A DNA stretch of 64,000 nucleotides from Mytilus edulis (taxonomy: Eukaryota), in the NCBI RefSeq assembly GCF_963676685.1, contig NC_092346.1, forward strand, positions 68,324,001 through 68,388,000, read 5' to 3'. Both the position numbers and the translations under genes were made by a program. Of this stretch, positions 25,001 to 34,860 are shown piece after piece. Below the pieces are notes generated by a model. That model was not told the DNA's origin. It searched no databases and saw only the letters and a program-made list of their open reading frames with translations. The first letter of the stretch is position 1; the number at the start of each line of letters is the position of its first letter.

Positions 25001-27848
25001 TAGATGAAATATATTTAACACATCAGGAACAATTCAGTCACAAACATCTGCTTTTAGTTTTATTCTAACATCTGATAGACCTTAGGGTAGTTTTTCAATA
25101 AATTACAATATTAGTATATTGTCCAGATACTTTTTTAGTCCACTACATTCATCAAATAACTTGGTGTCTGGTTTCATTGTCCCAACTTAGTGAGAAAAAT
25201 ATAAGAAATGGACAGACTGCAGTCATTCTAGATGCTTAATCCCAAATATAACATAAATATTATAACCTATATGAACAATTTGAACTCACAATATATATAC
25301 AATCTAAATGTATGCTAGTTTTAAGATGGATAATAATAATCTTAATAGTACCTTCAGATTCAGGGTCTGGTAGCCATCTATGGGGAGAGTCTCTTTGAAA
25401 TTCTCTGAAAAATATGATATAACAGCTATGATTTTTGCCTTGTAACTACTTGAAAATCATCCCTTGGTACAATAGAAATATTTTTTTAATACATACCTCA
25501 AAAGTCACATTCTTTATGTTCCATGTGGTTGCCTTTTGACACATATTTGTTTTTTTTGTAAATTGTGTATAAATCAAGCCGTTGGTTCTCAATTGAATTG
25601 TTTTACATTTTGTAGCTTCCTATGTTATAGGGTTTTGAAGATTTTGAATGTCGAGAGTGACCTATAATTGTCTTTATCCACATCATTTGAACTCTGGTGT
25701 ATCTCATTCTATGTTCAACAATTAGAATAGAATTGTGTCCAGTATAATTATTTGTTCTTTGAATTAATGTCTTTTCTACAACTTATCTTTTTGTCTGATG
25801 ACATTCTTAAATAAACAGAGAGAACAACTGCATCTATCATTATGCTTAATTCAGAAGGTTTAATAAGAAACAATGTGTTCCTTTAGAGCTGTCACACCAT
25901 ATTATCTACTTATAATTTGATTATAGTAATGTCTCAAAAAAAGTTCAGAGATATCACTTTTCCTTGAATGCATTTTCATGATCTACTCATTTTGTTTTGG
26001 TGATAAATACAATCTAGTCACATGTTTTCTTCTAACAAGTCAGAGTCTAAGAACCGGGAAGTTAACTTTACATGGCCTAAATGAATAAGCCAAAAAATTA
26101 GTGTGAACTGATTTGGAACTTGGAGAAAATTAGCTTACTTTACTTGGTATGTTTCAGCAAAGCTTACTCTCCTTGATGATGAAATTCTTGCTTTTTTCCT
26201 TGGTATAACCTCTGTCACCTATAAAACAAATGTATGCAAAAATTATTGTTCATAATGAATATAAATGTGACTATAATTTCAAAGTTTTATTTAATACATG
26301 GAAAATGTAATAACTATTCCCTAAATAATTTTGTCAAGAGTTTGTACTATATATTCAGTTTTTGGAATTTTATCTTTTTTCTTAGTTTATTGAAAGGACT
26401 CTGACACAAAACTTTTTACAAATATCTAGTAGATCCATTGACTGTCTTCAAACAAGCCAGTTTCTCTGCTGCAATCTCATCAACAGGTGACAGGTGAGTT
26501 GTAGCTGAAAAACATCGTCCAGAACATGCAGGAAATATTGGCCACTGGACATTAAACAACCGAAAATCAATCATCCTATAGTTTGAAAGACCATTTATGT
26601 CTGTTTATCAATGGTGAACACTTATAGTGTCATGAATTATCTTTTTACACAACTGAGAAAAAACATCTCACTTGAGTAGCATGAGACGGAAATTATCATA
26701 CAGAAAATCAAGGAATTTCTTTTGAAAATAACAATAAAGTTGTTATAAACATTACATACTGCCTGATTTGTATCAATATCTAACAGAGGATTTTTTGTCT
26801 TCAAGATCTGAAATAAAAAATCAAATTTTAAAGATTAAACTCCTATTTCACAGTGCAATCAAATAGATGTTTTCAGGAAAACATATTCTTTTTATAAGAT
26901 TGAGAATGGAAATGTGGAATGTGTCAAAGAGACAACAACCCAACCAAAGAGCAGGAAACAGTCGAAGGCCACTAATGAGTCTTCAATGTAGCTAAAATCT
27001 CTATCTAGAAATGCATACCACATCTTTTTCATGTAGGAAAAGTTTTTTTCTCTTTACATTTTGTAAATAAAATCTACACTTGAATTTAGTGAACATTTTT
27101 GAATAAAAACTTTTTGTGTTCATTTTATTAGATATCAAGAAATTGTTACGAGTTTGTACAAATGTTTTGCTGAACACAGAAGCTGTTCATGTATACAAAC
27201 TTTGCTTTTTTTTAACAGGCAAGTTTTTTTTCTTATAGTCTAGATCTGTGATCTAATCTCATGGTATAAAAATGATTTATGATAACAAATGATGAAGTGT
27301 TATCCATTGAAAGTACTCCATCAAAAAGTTCAATTTATATTATCTGTTTATACATGTATGTACAATAACATGTACATTGTACGTTTGGGATCCCGCTATT
27401 TACATATTTAACCCCACCACATGTTACATTTTGTATACATGTACATCTTTTGTTGTGTGTCCCAAGTCAGAAGCATCTAATTCAGTGGTTGTTTTTTGTT
27501 GATGTGTTACATATTTGTTTTTACATTTGTCATTTTAGGGGCCTTTTACAGCCGACTATGCAGTACAGGCTTTGCTTCTTGTTGAAGATTGAATAGTAAC
27601 CTATAGTTGTTAATTACGTTTCATTTGGTCTCTTGTGAAAAGTTGTCTCATTGGCAATCACACCACATCTGTTTTTTTAATAAAAACTATCAAAAACTTT
27701 GATTGACATTCAATACGAATAGCACTGCAAATATAATTTGAGCTTATTTCTATACACTATTTAAGCAACATGTTGTGTGACTTACCGATGAAGATCTTCG
27801 TCCAGATCTCCTTCTTCTAAATCTATGATCTAACGTATCCTCTTCCAT
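3936..27848 (-). CDS. KNL1: Kinetochore scaffold KNL1 (Spc105/CASC5) gene, 19 coding exons in window (~1630 codons), 3' RWD exons not found in window
   Basis: Hand-spliced exons in transcript order, all GT-AG and phase-consistent: 27786-27848, 26760-26807, 26139-26218, 25352-25404, 24922-24946, 23771-23814, 22353-22411, 17781-18013, 14068-17156, 12080-12300, 11092-11214, 10628-10737, 10223-10313, 9257-9373, 8826-8913, 8123-8236, 6775-6814, 4594-4734, 3936-4087. Product: RRSSS|ILK (SILK), RRVSFAETYQVKEF (RVSF), KI-like LDAKSFLTSI and KVDGLSFLKQL, repeated TxxF...MExT motifs, coiled coil, then LTEWIIESYEDDFITFLFYDDTLRLSI (RWD-N-like). Confidence 0.93.
4594..4734 (-). CDS. KNL1: KNL1 coiled-coil exon (EKLNLQTEKSKLQREEE...EEKFDTLE)
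   Basis: aaatag/gtaaat, phase 2/2. Confidence 0.82.
5355..6715. mobile_element. Foldback/EnSpm-like element with ~180-bp inverted termini (CCC...GGG, aa flanks)
   Basis: 5355-5538 is the reverse complement of about 6533-6715. Confidence 0.72.
5882..6489. mobile_element. MITE nested in the foldback element, TIR TAGAGTGGGGTGCTCATTTTCGCC
   Basis: ~24-bp inverted termini at 5882-5905 and 6465-6489. Confidence 0.72.
6775..6814 (-). CDS. KNL1: KNL1 40-nt exon (EMEGLKETQVDLER)
   Basis: tttcag/gtatac, phase 1/2. Confidence 0.78.
7484..7694. mobile_element. Tc1/mariner-type MITE (TA-CTGTGGATTCAT...ATGAATCCACAG-TA)
   Basis: Inverted termini, TA flanks, internal ttcgtgg/ccacgaa repeats; degraded relative near 51141-51340. 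Confidence 0.75.
8123..8236 (-). CDS. KNL1: KNL1 coiled-coil exon (VSNQLDKLILELEQKP...EVKQKEQ)
   Basis: tttcag/gtaagt, phase 1/1. Confidence 0.82.
8826..8913 (-). CDS. KNL1: KNL1 coiled-coil exon (EKREKLSEEVNGVVQASDTIQEELSVLSN)
   Basis: tttacag/gtaaaa, phase 0/1. Confidence 0.82.
9257..9373 (-). CDS. KNL1: KNL1 exon (KYEMKEKVTVMRKYCSKQVDKKWKDMKLHCHEQFYDVIK)
   Basis: ctttcag/gtattt, phase 0/0; YC...W pattern of the Spc7/KNL1 coiled-coil region. Confidence 0.85.
10223..10313 (-). CDS. KNL1: KNL1 exon (LKPQTKELLDTIKEEQPAVFDVGMKGSEEQ)
   Basis: ccttag/gtatac, phase 2/0. Confidence 0.82.
10628..10737 (-). CDS. KNL1: KNL1 exon (KVDKDSIRGQIEAKYVHEPYISVYNTVIEQAKEKLS)
   Basis: cttgtag/gtaagt, phase 0/2. 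Confidence 0.82.
11092..11214 (-). CDS. KNL1: KNL1 exon (MNDSDDGSMTVEHFCRRINV...ATLK)
   Basis: tttgtag/gtaaga, 41 codons, phase 0/0. Confidence 0.82.
11620..11855. repeat. 47-bp minisatellite, ~5 copies
   Basis: Unit agcttttggttgctgtcttatagNtatatattccacatgtgtattaa. Confidence 0.9.
12080..12300 (-). CDS. KNL1: KNL1 exon (ELPGGITDIY...EDYLKQSM)
   Basis: ORF 12038..12313; ttttcag acceptor, gtcaat donor, phase 1/0. Confidence 0.8.
13621..13930 (+). mobile_element. HINE/pearl-like element fragment
   Basis: Same core, (GACA/GACG)n tract and terminal hairpin cccctctattatcgtaggtgggg as 21258-21580. Confidence 0.7.
14068..17156 (-). CDS. KNL1: KNL1 giant 3089-nt exon: KI2-like motif plus MELT-repeat region
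   Basis: ORF 14057..17176; aatag acceptor gives the correct phase; about 18 TxxF-x(4-5)-M[E/D]xT motifs. Confidence 0.93.
14941..15463 (-). repeat. Coding 90-bp tandem array (30-aa MELT unit x ~6) in KNL1
   Basis: Units start at 14941, 15031, 15121, 15211, 15301, 15391. Confidence 0.95.
17781..18013 (-). CDS. KNL1: KNL1 exon with first MELT-like motif (MDMT) and KI1-like motif (LDAKSFLTSI)
   Basis: ORF 17777..18004; aacag acceptor, gtaaat donor, phase 0/2. Confidence 0.88.
18038..18514 (+). mobile_element. HINE/pearl-like element with 168-bp tandem core and (GACG)n microsatellite
   Basis: AACAAG start, core repeated at ~18116 and ~18284, terminal hairpin atacccccc...gcggggtat; short relative at 4127-4235. 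Confidence 0.75.
18710..19467 (+). mobile_element. HINE/pearl-like element with ~160-bp tandem cores (about 4), nested in another HINE-like fragment (18620-19560)
   Basis: Subterminal inverted accggattt/aaatccggt, repeated aagaaccataactcctgaac cores, (CCGC)n tract. Confidence 0.72.
19965..21038. mobile_element. CA...TG element with 5-bp TSD taaag (hAT5-like)
   Basis: taaag|CATGCGCGTAGCTA...TAGCTACACAACTG|taaag; gggcgtacac near both ends. Confidence 0.65.
21258..21580 (+). mobile_element. HINE/pearl-like element inserted into a Naiad-tail repeat
   Basis: atgccccac/gtggggcat subterminal inverted repeat, (GACG/GAAC)n; host repeat continues on both sides (21196-21257, 21581-21730). Confidence 0.78.
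21767..22226 (+). mobile_element. HINE/pearl-like element, two-core copy of the same family
   Basis: Same termini as 21258-21580 with duplicated core. Confidence 0.78.
22353..22411 (-). CDS. KNL1: KNL1 exon (GLDKLLTGPIQNNLPSEEQI)
   Basis: ttttag/gtaagt, phase 1/0; resembles the GxxxLLxxPI segment of the KNL1 N-terminus. Confidence 0.8.
22638..23397. mobile_element. CAG-terminated MITE with 5-bp TSD ataat (hAT5-like)
   Basis: TIR CAGTCAGGGATATAACTCTA / TAGAGTTATATATCTGACTG; internal tgtaataac/gttattaca repeats. Confidence 0.7.
23771..23814 (-). CDS. KNL1: KNL1 exon (LPDVPQHTSRSEIQ)
   Basis: ttttcag/gtaaag, phase 2/1. Confidence 0.75.
24922..24946 (-). CDS. KNL1: KNL1 25-nt microexon (DDSSPELER)
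   Basis: tttcag/gtaagc, phase 1/2, needed to join flanking exons in frame. Confidence 0.75.
25352..25404 (-). CDS. KNL1: KNL1 exon (EFQRDSPHRWLPDPESE)
   Basis: ttttcag/gtacta, phase 2/1. Confidence 0.8.
26139..26218 (-). CDS. KNL1: KNL1 exon with RVSF PP1-docking motif (VTEVIPRKKARISSSRRVSFAETYQVK)
   Basis: ttttatag acceptor, gtaagc donor, phase 0/2. Confidence 0.9.
26760..26807 (-). CDS. KNL1: KNL1 exon (ILKTKNPLLDIDTNQA), completes SILK motif
   Basis: tttcag acceptor, gtatgt donor, phase 0/0. Confidence 0.85.
27385..27680 (+). mobile_element. Abundant short interspersed repeat sharing the gtcccaagtcagg motif with the Naiad tail
   Basis: Homologous to 31395-31735; partial copies near 39390-39620 and 42680-42765. 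Confidence 0.65.
27786..27848 (-). CDS. KNL1: KNL1 coding exon with probable start ATG (MEEDTLDHRFRRRRSGRRSSS)
   Basis: ATG at 27848-27846, 21 codons, donor GTAAG; supplies the S of SILK. Confidence 0.8.
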
Positions 27849-29589
27849 TTCTACTATCTAATACATAGTACAGTATTAATTCATCTGGTAAAAAAAGTTT
27901 CTAAAATTATATGATGTGTATTCCAAGAAAAAAAATGAAGGGTTAGACAGCACATTTTATTTCTTTCTGTGATCTAATAAAAAGGTGCAATTAGGGCTTC
28001 TGCAGCCAGTCACCATTATCCATTTTGTTAAAAAAAAAAATTGTTGCTTATAAAATTCATAATCATGATTATTAGTGAAATATATTGCTAAGAATTATAA
28101 TAGGTTGATGCCATCCATCTTTTCCAGAATTTTCCAACATCCTTATCATGTAAAACTCTGATTGTTTACCTTAAAATCATGTATGTTTTTCGAAAAATTT
28201 ACAGAAAATCACTTTTCAGCTGATTGAAAAAAGGTATAAATCAAGCATTTAGAAGCTTTTGATAATAAACTAATTAATAAAAGGTGTTTCTTGTACATGT
28301 ATGGTCAAACTGCTTCATTTGTCACTAAACTTAGTAGTTTCACAACTATTATCTAATTGTGTAGTAGTGTATACTTTATATATATCTTTATTCTGTCAAA
28401 CCTTTGCAATTACAATGGTATACAGACACTACATGACATCAATAATACAGACATAAATACATGAATACACAGAGCAAAATATGTACACTATTTACAATTA
28501 TACTGATAGTATTTAGCCAGGAGGGCACACATGGGAATTTATAAATCTAATGAAAGTACACAGCTTTCTCAATTTAGATTTTATATTTAAATTCATAATT
28601 TTCTTAAACATAATTATATTTGGACGATTTACATATTTTTTATCAATACATTCGTTTCTTTTTTCTGACATCTCTGTGCACATCATAAAACTTTGAAATC
28701 AATTTAGTACTCTTGTTAAAATATGTGTTCATTTTATCAAATGTTTTCAAACATTGTGCTGGAAATGAAAACTGTTCTTTTTTTTAAAACGAAAACAAGT
28801 GCAAAATTTAGGAAAAAACTGTCAAAACCATAGAATTTGCATTAGTTCGCTGATTCTAAAAACATGATCCTGCAGCTTGTTAATTTTAACCTGTAAATAT
28901 GAGGGTAGTAATGGGGGGACCTTCATAAAGAATAACGCCTTAACGGTTAAAATTCTTGCCAAATAATGTTAATGATAATTTTTGGTGCCTGACAATAAAA
29001 ATTATGTACACTTTACCTCTGACTATCAAGATATTTTGATGAATCACAGCAAAATTTAAACTAATTAGACGCTAAAAGTAGCTGAAAAATAATGTTTGAA
29101 GCCTGTTAGTAAAGGGCCTAAACCTTATCATTATTTGAAAATCTGTCCCAGTTGACCCTAGAATCTGCCTTGCTTGAACTATTGACGTCATACAACTATC
29201 ACTTTTCCATTGTGGCATCAGATATTTTGAATTATGACTTCAAAATTAATGGGAACCTTTATGATGGCAAACAAATAGCGATAAGGTGTATGCCTTTGGG
29301 ATCCTGCCTTTGTGACAGGTTTTATAAGTGATTGAAATGCCTAAATTTCTCATGGTTTCAATTCACAAATTTAACTTGTCTGCATATTGCTTGATGTGCC
29401 AATATAGGATAAAGGTTATGGATAGATAAATTGTTTAATTATGATTTTTGCTAGTTAATGCCATGTGCAGATTCTTAATTGTAATAATCAAATATCTGAT
29501 TTATCATTTGATAAATACTTTATACATGTCATATGGCCAAATATTAAATAGGTCACAAAAGTAAAACAGAAATCACAAATATATCCTTT

Positions 29590-29808
29590 TTATAGTTTTA
29601 TGTACAGTTTTGTACCTTATAGTTTTATGTACAGTTTTGTGCCTTATAGTTTTATGTACAGTTTTGTACCTTATAGTTTTATGTACAGTTTTGTACCTTA
29701 TAGTTTTATGTACAGTTTTGTGCCTTATAGTTTTATGTACAGTTTTGTACCTTATAGTGTTATGTACAGTTTTGTACCTTATAGTTTTATGTACAGTTTT
29801 GTACCTTA
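29590..29808. repeat. 27-bp minisatellite, 8 copies
   Basis: Unit tatagttttatgtacagttttgtacct. Confidence 0.95.
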
Positions 29809-29901
29809 AATGTGGAACTATTTAGAAAAATTGAGTTAGTGTATGTTTCATTAGTTTCCTATTTGGTTTAAGATACAAACAAGCGATGTATTTCTATTTA
29901 C

Positions 29902-30000
29902 CTGTTTATGTTGACTTTTGAAGTTCGGAATAACCCGCTCAAACAATAACGCCATCTAGGATTAAAAGGGACAAAACTCTTCGGTGCGTTCTGAAAATGA
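29902..30000 (-). promoter_or_regulatory. Candidate KNL1 first exon/promoter
   Basis: CAG/GTAAAT donor at 29902/29901, local CpG enrichment, AGATGGCG (YY1-like) and TTTGAA (CHR-like) motifs. Confidence 0.4.
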
Positions 30001-31394
30001 CGTATAATTGACCTAAACTATGCACTGCTAGCTAATTTAAAAAACAATTAAACACATTTCCCATGAAGGATTTGTATCACTATACAAATCCTTGTTCCAA
30101 TCAAGAAAGAGAAGTAACATTGAAGACATTCGAAAATATCAAATATTCCTTTACAAATATTTTTTCATACTTTGCCAAACCGTAGTATCTATTGATATAG
30201 ATGTTCAAAAATATAATGAAAATAATAGGTCACAGCGCATTTTCTCAACCTACAGGTTGTGACAAAATGACACATTTTGTATAGATTATACAGGGAAAAC
30301 ACTATTTTGTGATTAGAAACTAAACTAAATGATAGAATTGTATTATAAATTACGAAAAGATAGCTTTCAGACAATGCTTTGAGAAAAACAAAAAAAGAAA
30401 GGGTCTCCGCACGTTTTTTTCCAGCTAAAATACATAATAGGAAAATTCCATGAAGATTCCTTCAGAAAATGAACTGTTTTCGAGTTACCCCTCTTAAAAT
30501 GTCAATCAAAAAAACATTTCAAAACAACCAAAAATAATCGAAATTTATAAAAATATTAATATTTATAAGTCATATTCTTTTAAACTGGTTCTTTTAAATA
30601 AACATTTACATTATATATCTGCATTCCTGCATCAAATTTTGCTGACTTGATAGAAAATCTGGACCTTAGGTTCCCTGTTTTTTATAAACCAAGATGGCGA
30701 AAGACCTTATAGGGATACCCGATATAGAAAAAAATCGGCGGCCCCCAAACCCTGCCTCCCCTGAATTCGAACCCTAGTTACGGCCCTGTTCAATAATAAT
30801 TACCACTCTTTGTTTCTAAAGCAGAACTATTATAAAGTCAACCTTTCCGAGTATTATGTCGATCCATTTGTTTACTGTACATACGGCATTTGTCGAACGG
30901 AGGTTTGGAGTTTGCATTTCTAAATGCAGTTGACAATAGAAAACATTGATTTAAAATATTTTTTTCTTGATAATAATATTGTTTCATCATTTTTCAAATT
31001 TATCTACTATGGAAAAATTATCTGCAACGAAAAATTGAATTTCTATGATTTTTTTAAAGCACCAACCCATAGTCAAAGATACACTGAATAACCACAATAG
31101 AAACAAAGGGGAGAAAGAAAAAAATATGAATGTTATTTTCAAATGGCCATTGACAATAGTAAACGCTGACTTAAAATTATTTTTTTTGAGAATCATATTT
31201 GGAAATCCTTCTAAAAGATCGCTTGCTATGGATTTTTTTTTATCACATTTAAGGTTAAAAAAGATGTATTAAAAATTATAACCAGGGTATAAGTGTTTCC
31301 CCGTTTACATCAATGATAACTATTTATAAGATTTACCAATGACATAGCACGTGCACTGATTAATGAAAAAAAATGTAAATGTCCTTCATTCTTG

Positions 31395-31735
31395 TGTATG
31401 GTACTGTTATACCACTGTCCCAGGTTAGGGAGGGTTGGGATCCTTCTAACATGTTTAACCCCGCCACATTATGTATGTATGTGCCTGTCTCAAGTCAGGA
31501 TCCTGTAATTCAGTGGTTGTCGTTTGTTTATGTTTTACATATTTGTTTTTCGTTCAATTTTTGTACATATATATGGCCCCCGTTAGCTTTCTCTTTTGAA
31601 TTGTTTTACATTATCATCTCGGGGCCTTTTTATAGCTGACTATGTGGTGTGGGCTTAAAGTTATTAATTTCTGTCCCGTTGTTTGGTCTCTTGTGGAGAG
31701 TTGTCTCATTGACAATCATAACACACCTTTTTTAT
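31395..31735 (+). mobile_element. Abundant short interspersed repeat (same family as 27385-27680)
   Basis: cctgtctcaagtcaggatcctgtaattcagtggttgtc...ggtctcttgtggagagttgtctcattg. Confidence 0.65.
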
Positions 31736-32409
31736 ATATTGCTTAACAAGGGTGTGGATACTTTACAACATTTCTGATACGAACCTCGGAATGAGGATAC
31801 AACATTAAAACATTTTCGTTATAATTCACACGTGAACTTGCGCAAAAGCTGTGACTATTTTTGTCGCAAATGAAATACAATAAAATTGAGAGTGGAAATG
31901 GGGAATGCCGTGTCAAATAGACAACAACCCGACCATAGAGCAGATGTAACAAAAAATTGTTCCGACATTACATTTGTTCCGCAGGAACAAATTTCATAGG
32001 AAATATGTTCCACCGGAATTTATATCACAGAAAATATGTTCCACCGGAATTTATATCACAGAAAATATGTTCCATCGCTGTAAAATTTGTTCCGGAACTA
32101 ATTTTATGACAAAATGTGAAATAAGTTCCGAAACAAAAATTATAGCTCCATGAATTTTGTTCCATTTAATATTAAAAATTTTAAAAAAAGTTTAAAAAAA
32201 GTTCCTGTGATCATGGTGATATTATTTTTTAAAGAAAATCTACATATTTCATAGAAACCAATGAATAAGTTCCGCTCAAACCTATTTTCACAGACAATAA
32301 GTATCTTGGCAACATATTGGATAGCCGAAAACATTTTCTTGTTACACTTAAATTATAATGCAAGCTAAGTGCTGTACTGAGTGTGCTTGGGATACATTTG
32401 CAATTGAAT

Positions 32410-34860
32410 GCATGTTTTCCCGAATACACTTATGGCCCCATTTCCCATGTCATATCAGGAGACCTTAACATGGTTTGCTACCGAGAGTTAAAGTCATTCC
32501 TCAGTAAAGGACCTAAATATCGTCCCCCGTCAATCATTAATTGGAATGAGTGTCGTAATATCATCCACGACTCACTCCGAACTTACTGTTTGAAATGGGT
32601 AAAACGGGAAAAAGCTGACAAACAATCTTTGGACTCTTTTTTTAATTCAGTAATGAAGATAGTTGATATTCGTACACAACATTTTAAAGAACATTTTACT
32701 CTCAACAACAACCATGAAAACCCTATTTCGCGTATCAAACATAAACTAAAAGAACTAGCCAATGAATTTGTGTTTGTCCCGGCTGATAAAGCTGCTAATA
32801 ATATCATTATTGTTTGACGTAAATTTTTTATTGAGGTTCTGCAAAAGGAAATCACGAATTCACCAGCATTCCAGCTGACTTCATTTTCAGAAAACGACAA
32901 CTGTAACAAACACAAACTTTTAGCTACTTATTTACAAGCAGAACCAAATACAATGAAAGTCCCAACTATGTACTGGCTTCCGAAGCTACACAAAAAACTT
33001 ACAAATATAGATTTATTTCATCTTCAAGCCATTGTTCCACTACTAAATTGTCTATTCTACTTACTAGTACACTTGGTACAATAAAAAACCTGATAATAAA
33101 TTGTTCAAATAAGGCCTTTGAAAATGGTGGAATTAATTACTTTTTGAGTGTCAAAAACTCCTTGGAAGTACTTGATAAATTGCATGCATATATTGGCGAT
33201 TTTGAATCTGTTCAAAGTATTGATTTTTCTACCCTATATACAACTTTGCCTCATATTTTTATTAAGAAAAAAATCACATGCCTAATTAACTGGGCATTTA
33301 AAACGTCAGAATGCGTGTACATATGTTCAAACTCTTTTAGGTCATTTTTTAGTAGCAATAAACAAAAGAACTATGTCAATTGGACATGCTTTGATACTAT
33401 ATCTTGCTTGAATTTTTACTTGCTTACATTTTTGTTCGCTTTGGAGATTCCGTATATGGCCAAGTTATTGGAATTCCAATGGGGACTAACTGTGCACCAC
33501 TTATTGCGGACCTGTTTTTGTATTGTTATGAGTTACAATTTATGATTAAAATTAGCAAAGACCCATCGAAACAACATTTGATACAAAAATTTAACAATAC
33601 TTTTAGATATTTGGATGATATAGTGGCTCTCAATAATGACGACTTCAGTATTTACACTCCCCATTTCCATTTTCAATTTTATACTAAAGAAATATCCTGT
33701 TGAACTTACTTTAAATAAAGCTATTACTAACAATGACCACTGCCCTTTCCCCGATCTTGATATCTATAGCGTTAACGGAAAGCTTTATACAAAATTTTAC
33801 ACCATCTTATGGTGTTAATATATCTCAACTTGTACGATTCGCTCGTGTATGTAACAACGTATTAGATTTTAGCGAGAGAAATTTATGTATTACTGAAAAA
33901 TTATTACACCCGGGTTTTCGATATCACAAACTATTCAAAACATTTACTAAATTTTATCATCGGTATAAGGAAATAATTCGTAAATATAACTCAACATGCA
34001 AACATCTTATACGTTCAGGTATTTCACATCCAATCTTTTATGGTAATATTCTTTACAAAGCACAAAAATGTCAGTATTCAACTAAAAAACTTACAAAACC
34101 TTTAAACAGACTTATATTATTAAGTTAAGAAGGGATACAGTTACGATACTGTTGTCAGATCATTAAAGATTGCATATGTTGGCTTTAATCTTGTTTCACT
34201 TATAGGGTCTTTGCATCGGAACTAAACACATTTCCTTTTAAAAAAAACAGTTGTTGGCATGACACGGGTTATGTTCTTCTCATATTTTTTTATGATAGTA
34301 TGATACTAAACCCCTAACGGGAGGGAGTGTACCTGATATTCATATGATGAAGACATAATCTTTCAATCAGTTTAATTGAAGTCTGGAGCTGGCATGTCAG
34401 TTAACTGCTAGTAGTCTGTTGTTATTTATGTATTATTGTCATTTTCTTTATTTTCTTTTGTTGCATCTTCTGACATCGGACTCGGACTTCTCTTGAACTG
34501 AATTTTAATGTGCGTATTGTTATGCGTTTAATTTTCTACATTGGCTAGAGGTATAGGGAGGGGGGTTGAGATCTCATAAACATGTTTGACCCCGCTGCAA
34601 TTTTGCGCCTGTCCCAAGTCAGGAGCCTCTGGCCTTTGTTAGTCATGATGATTTTAATTTAAGTTTCTTGTGTATAATTAGTATGACGTCCATTATCACT
34701 GAACTAGTATATATATTTTTAAGGGCCAGCTGAAGGACGCCTCCGGGAGCGAAATTTTCTCGTTACATTGAAGACCCATTGGTGGCCTTCGGCTGTTGTC
34801 TGCTCTATGGTCGGGTTGTTGTCTCTTTGACACATTCCCCATTTCCTTTCTCAATTTTAT
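32410..34860 (+). mobile_element. 5'-truncated, decayed Penelope-like retroelement of the Naiad type (RT pseudogene plus 3' tail)
   Basis: Reading across frameshifts: linker C...YGPISHVISGDL, KGPKYRP, VPADKAANNIIIV*RKF, YWLPKLHK..YKYRFI, DFSTLYTTLPH, GIPMGTNCAPLIADLFLY, FRYLDDI, SQLVRFARVC; stop at 34223-34225 with no C-terminal GIY-YIG; frameshifts near 32998, 33403, 33690 and a deletion near 33800. Confidence 0.85.
34271..34356 (+). promoter_or_regulatory. SECIS-like (selenocysteine insertion sequence, type II) hairpin in the retroelement 3' UTR
   Basis: ATGA at 34292, 12-nt spacer, AAA at 34308, mini-stem CCC-TAAC-GGG, helix II AGTATGAT/AGTGTACC (two mismatches), 3' core TGAT at 34334; helix I cttctcatat/atatgatgaag. 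Confidence 0.7.

Noticed and set aside
29600-29825. ORFs MYSFVPYSF... and MYLIVLCTV...
   Set aside because: Artefacts of a stop-free 27-bp minisatellite.
34345-34390. Second SECIS or hammerhead ribozyme at atgaagac...gtctgga
   Set aside because: Helix after ATGA is only 3 bp and there is no CUGANGA/GAAA core; the upstream hairpin fits SECIS much better.
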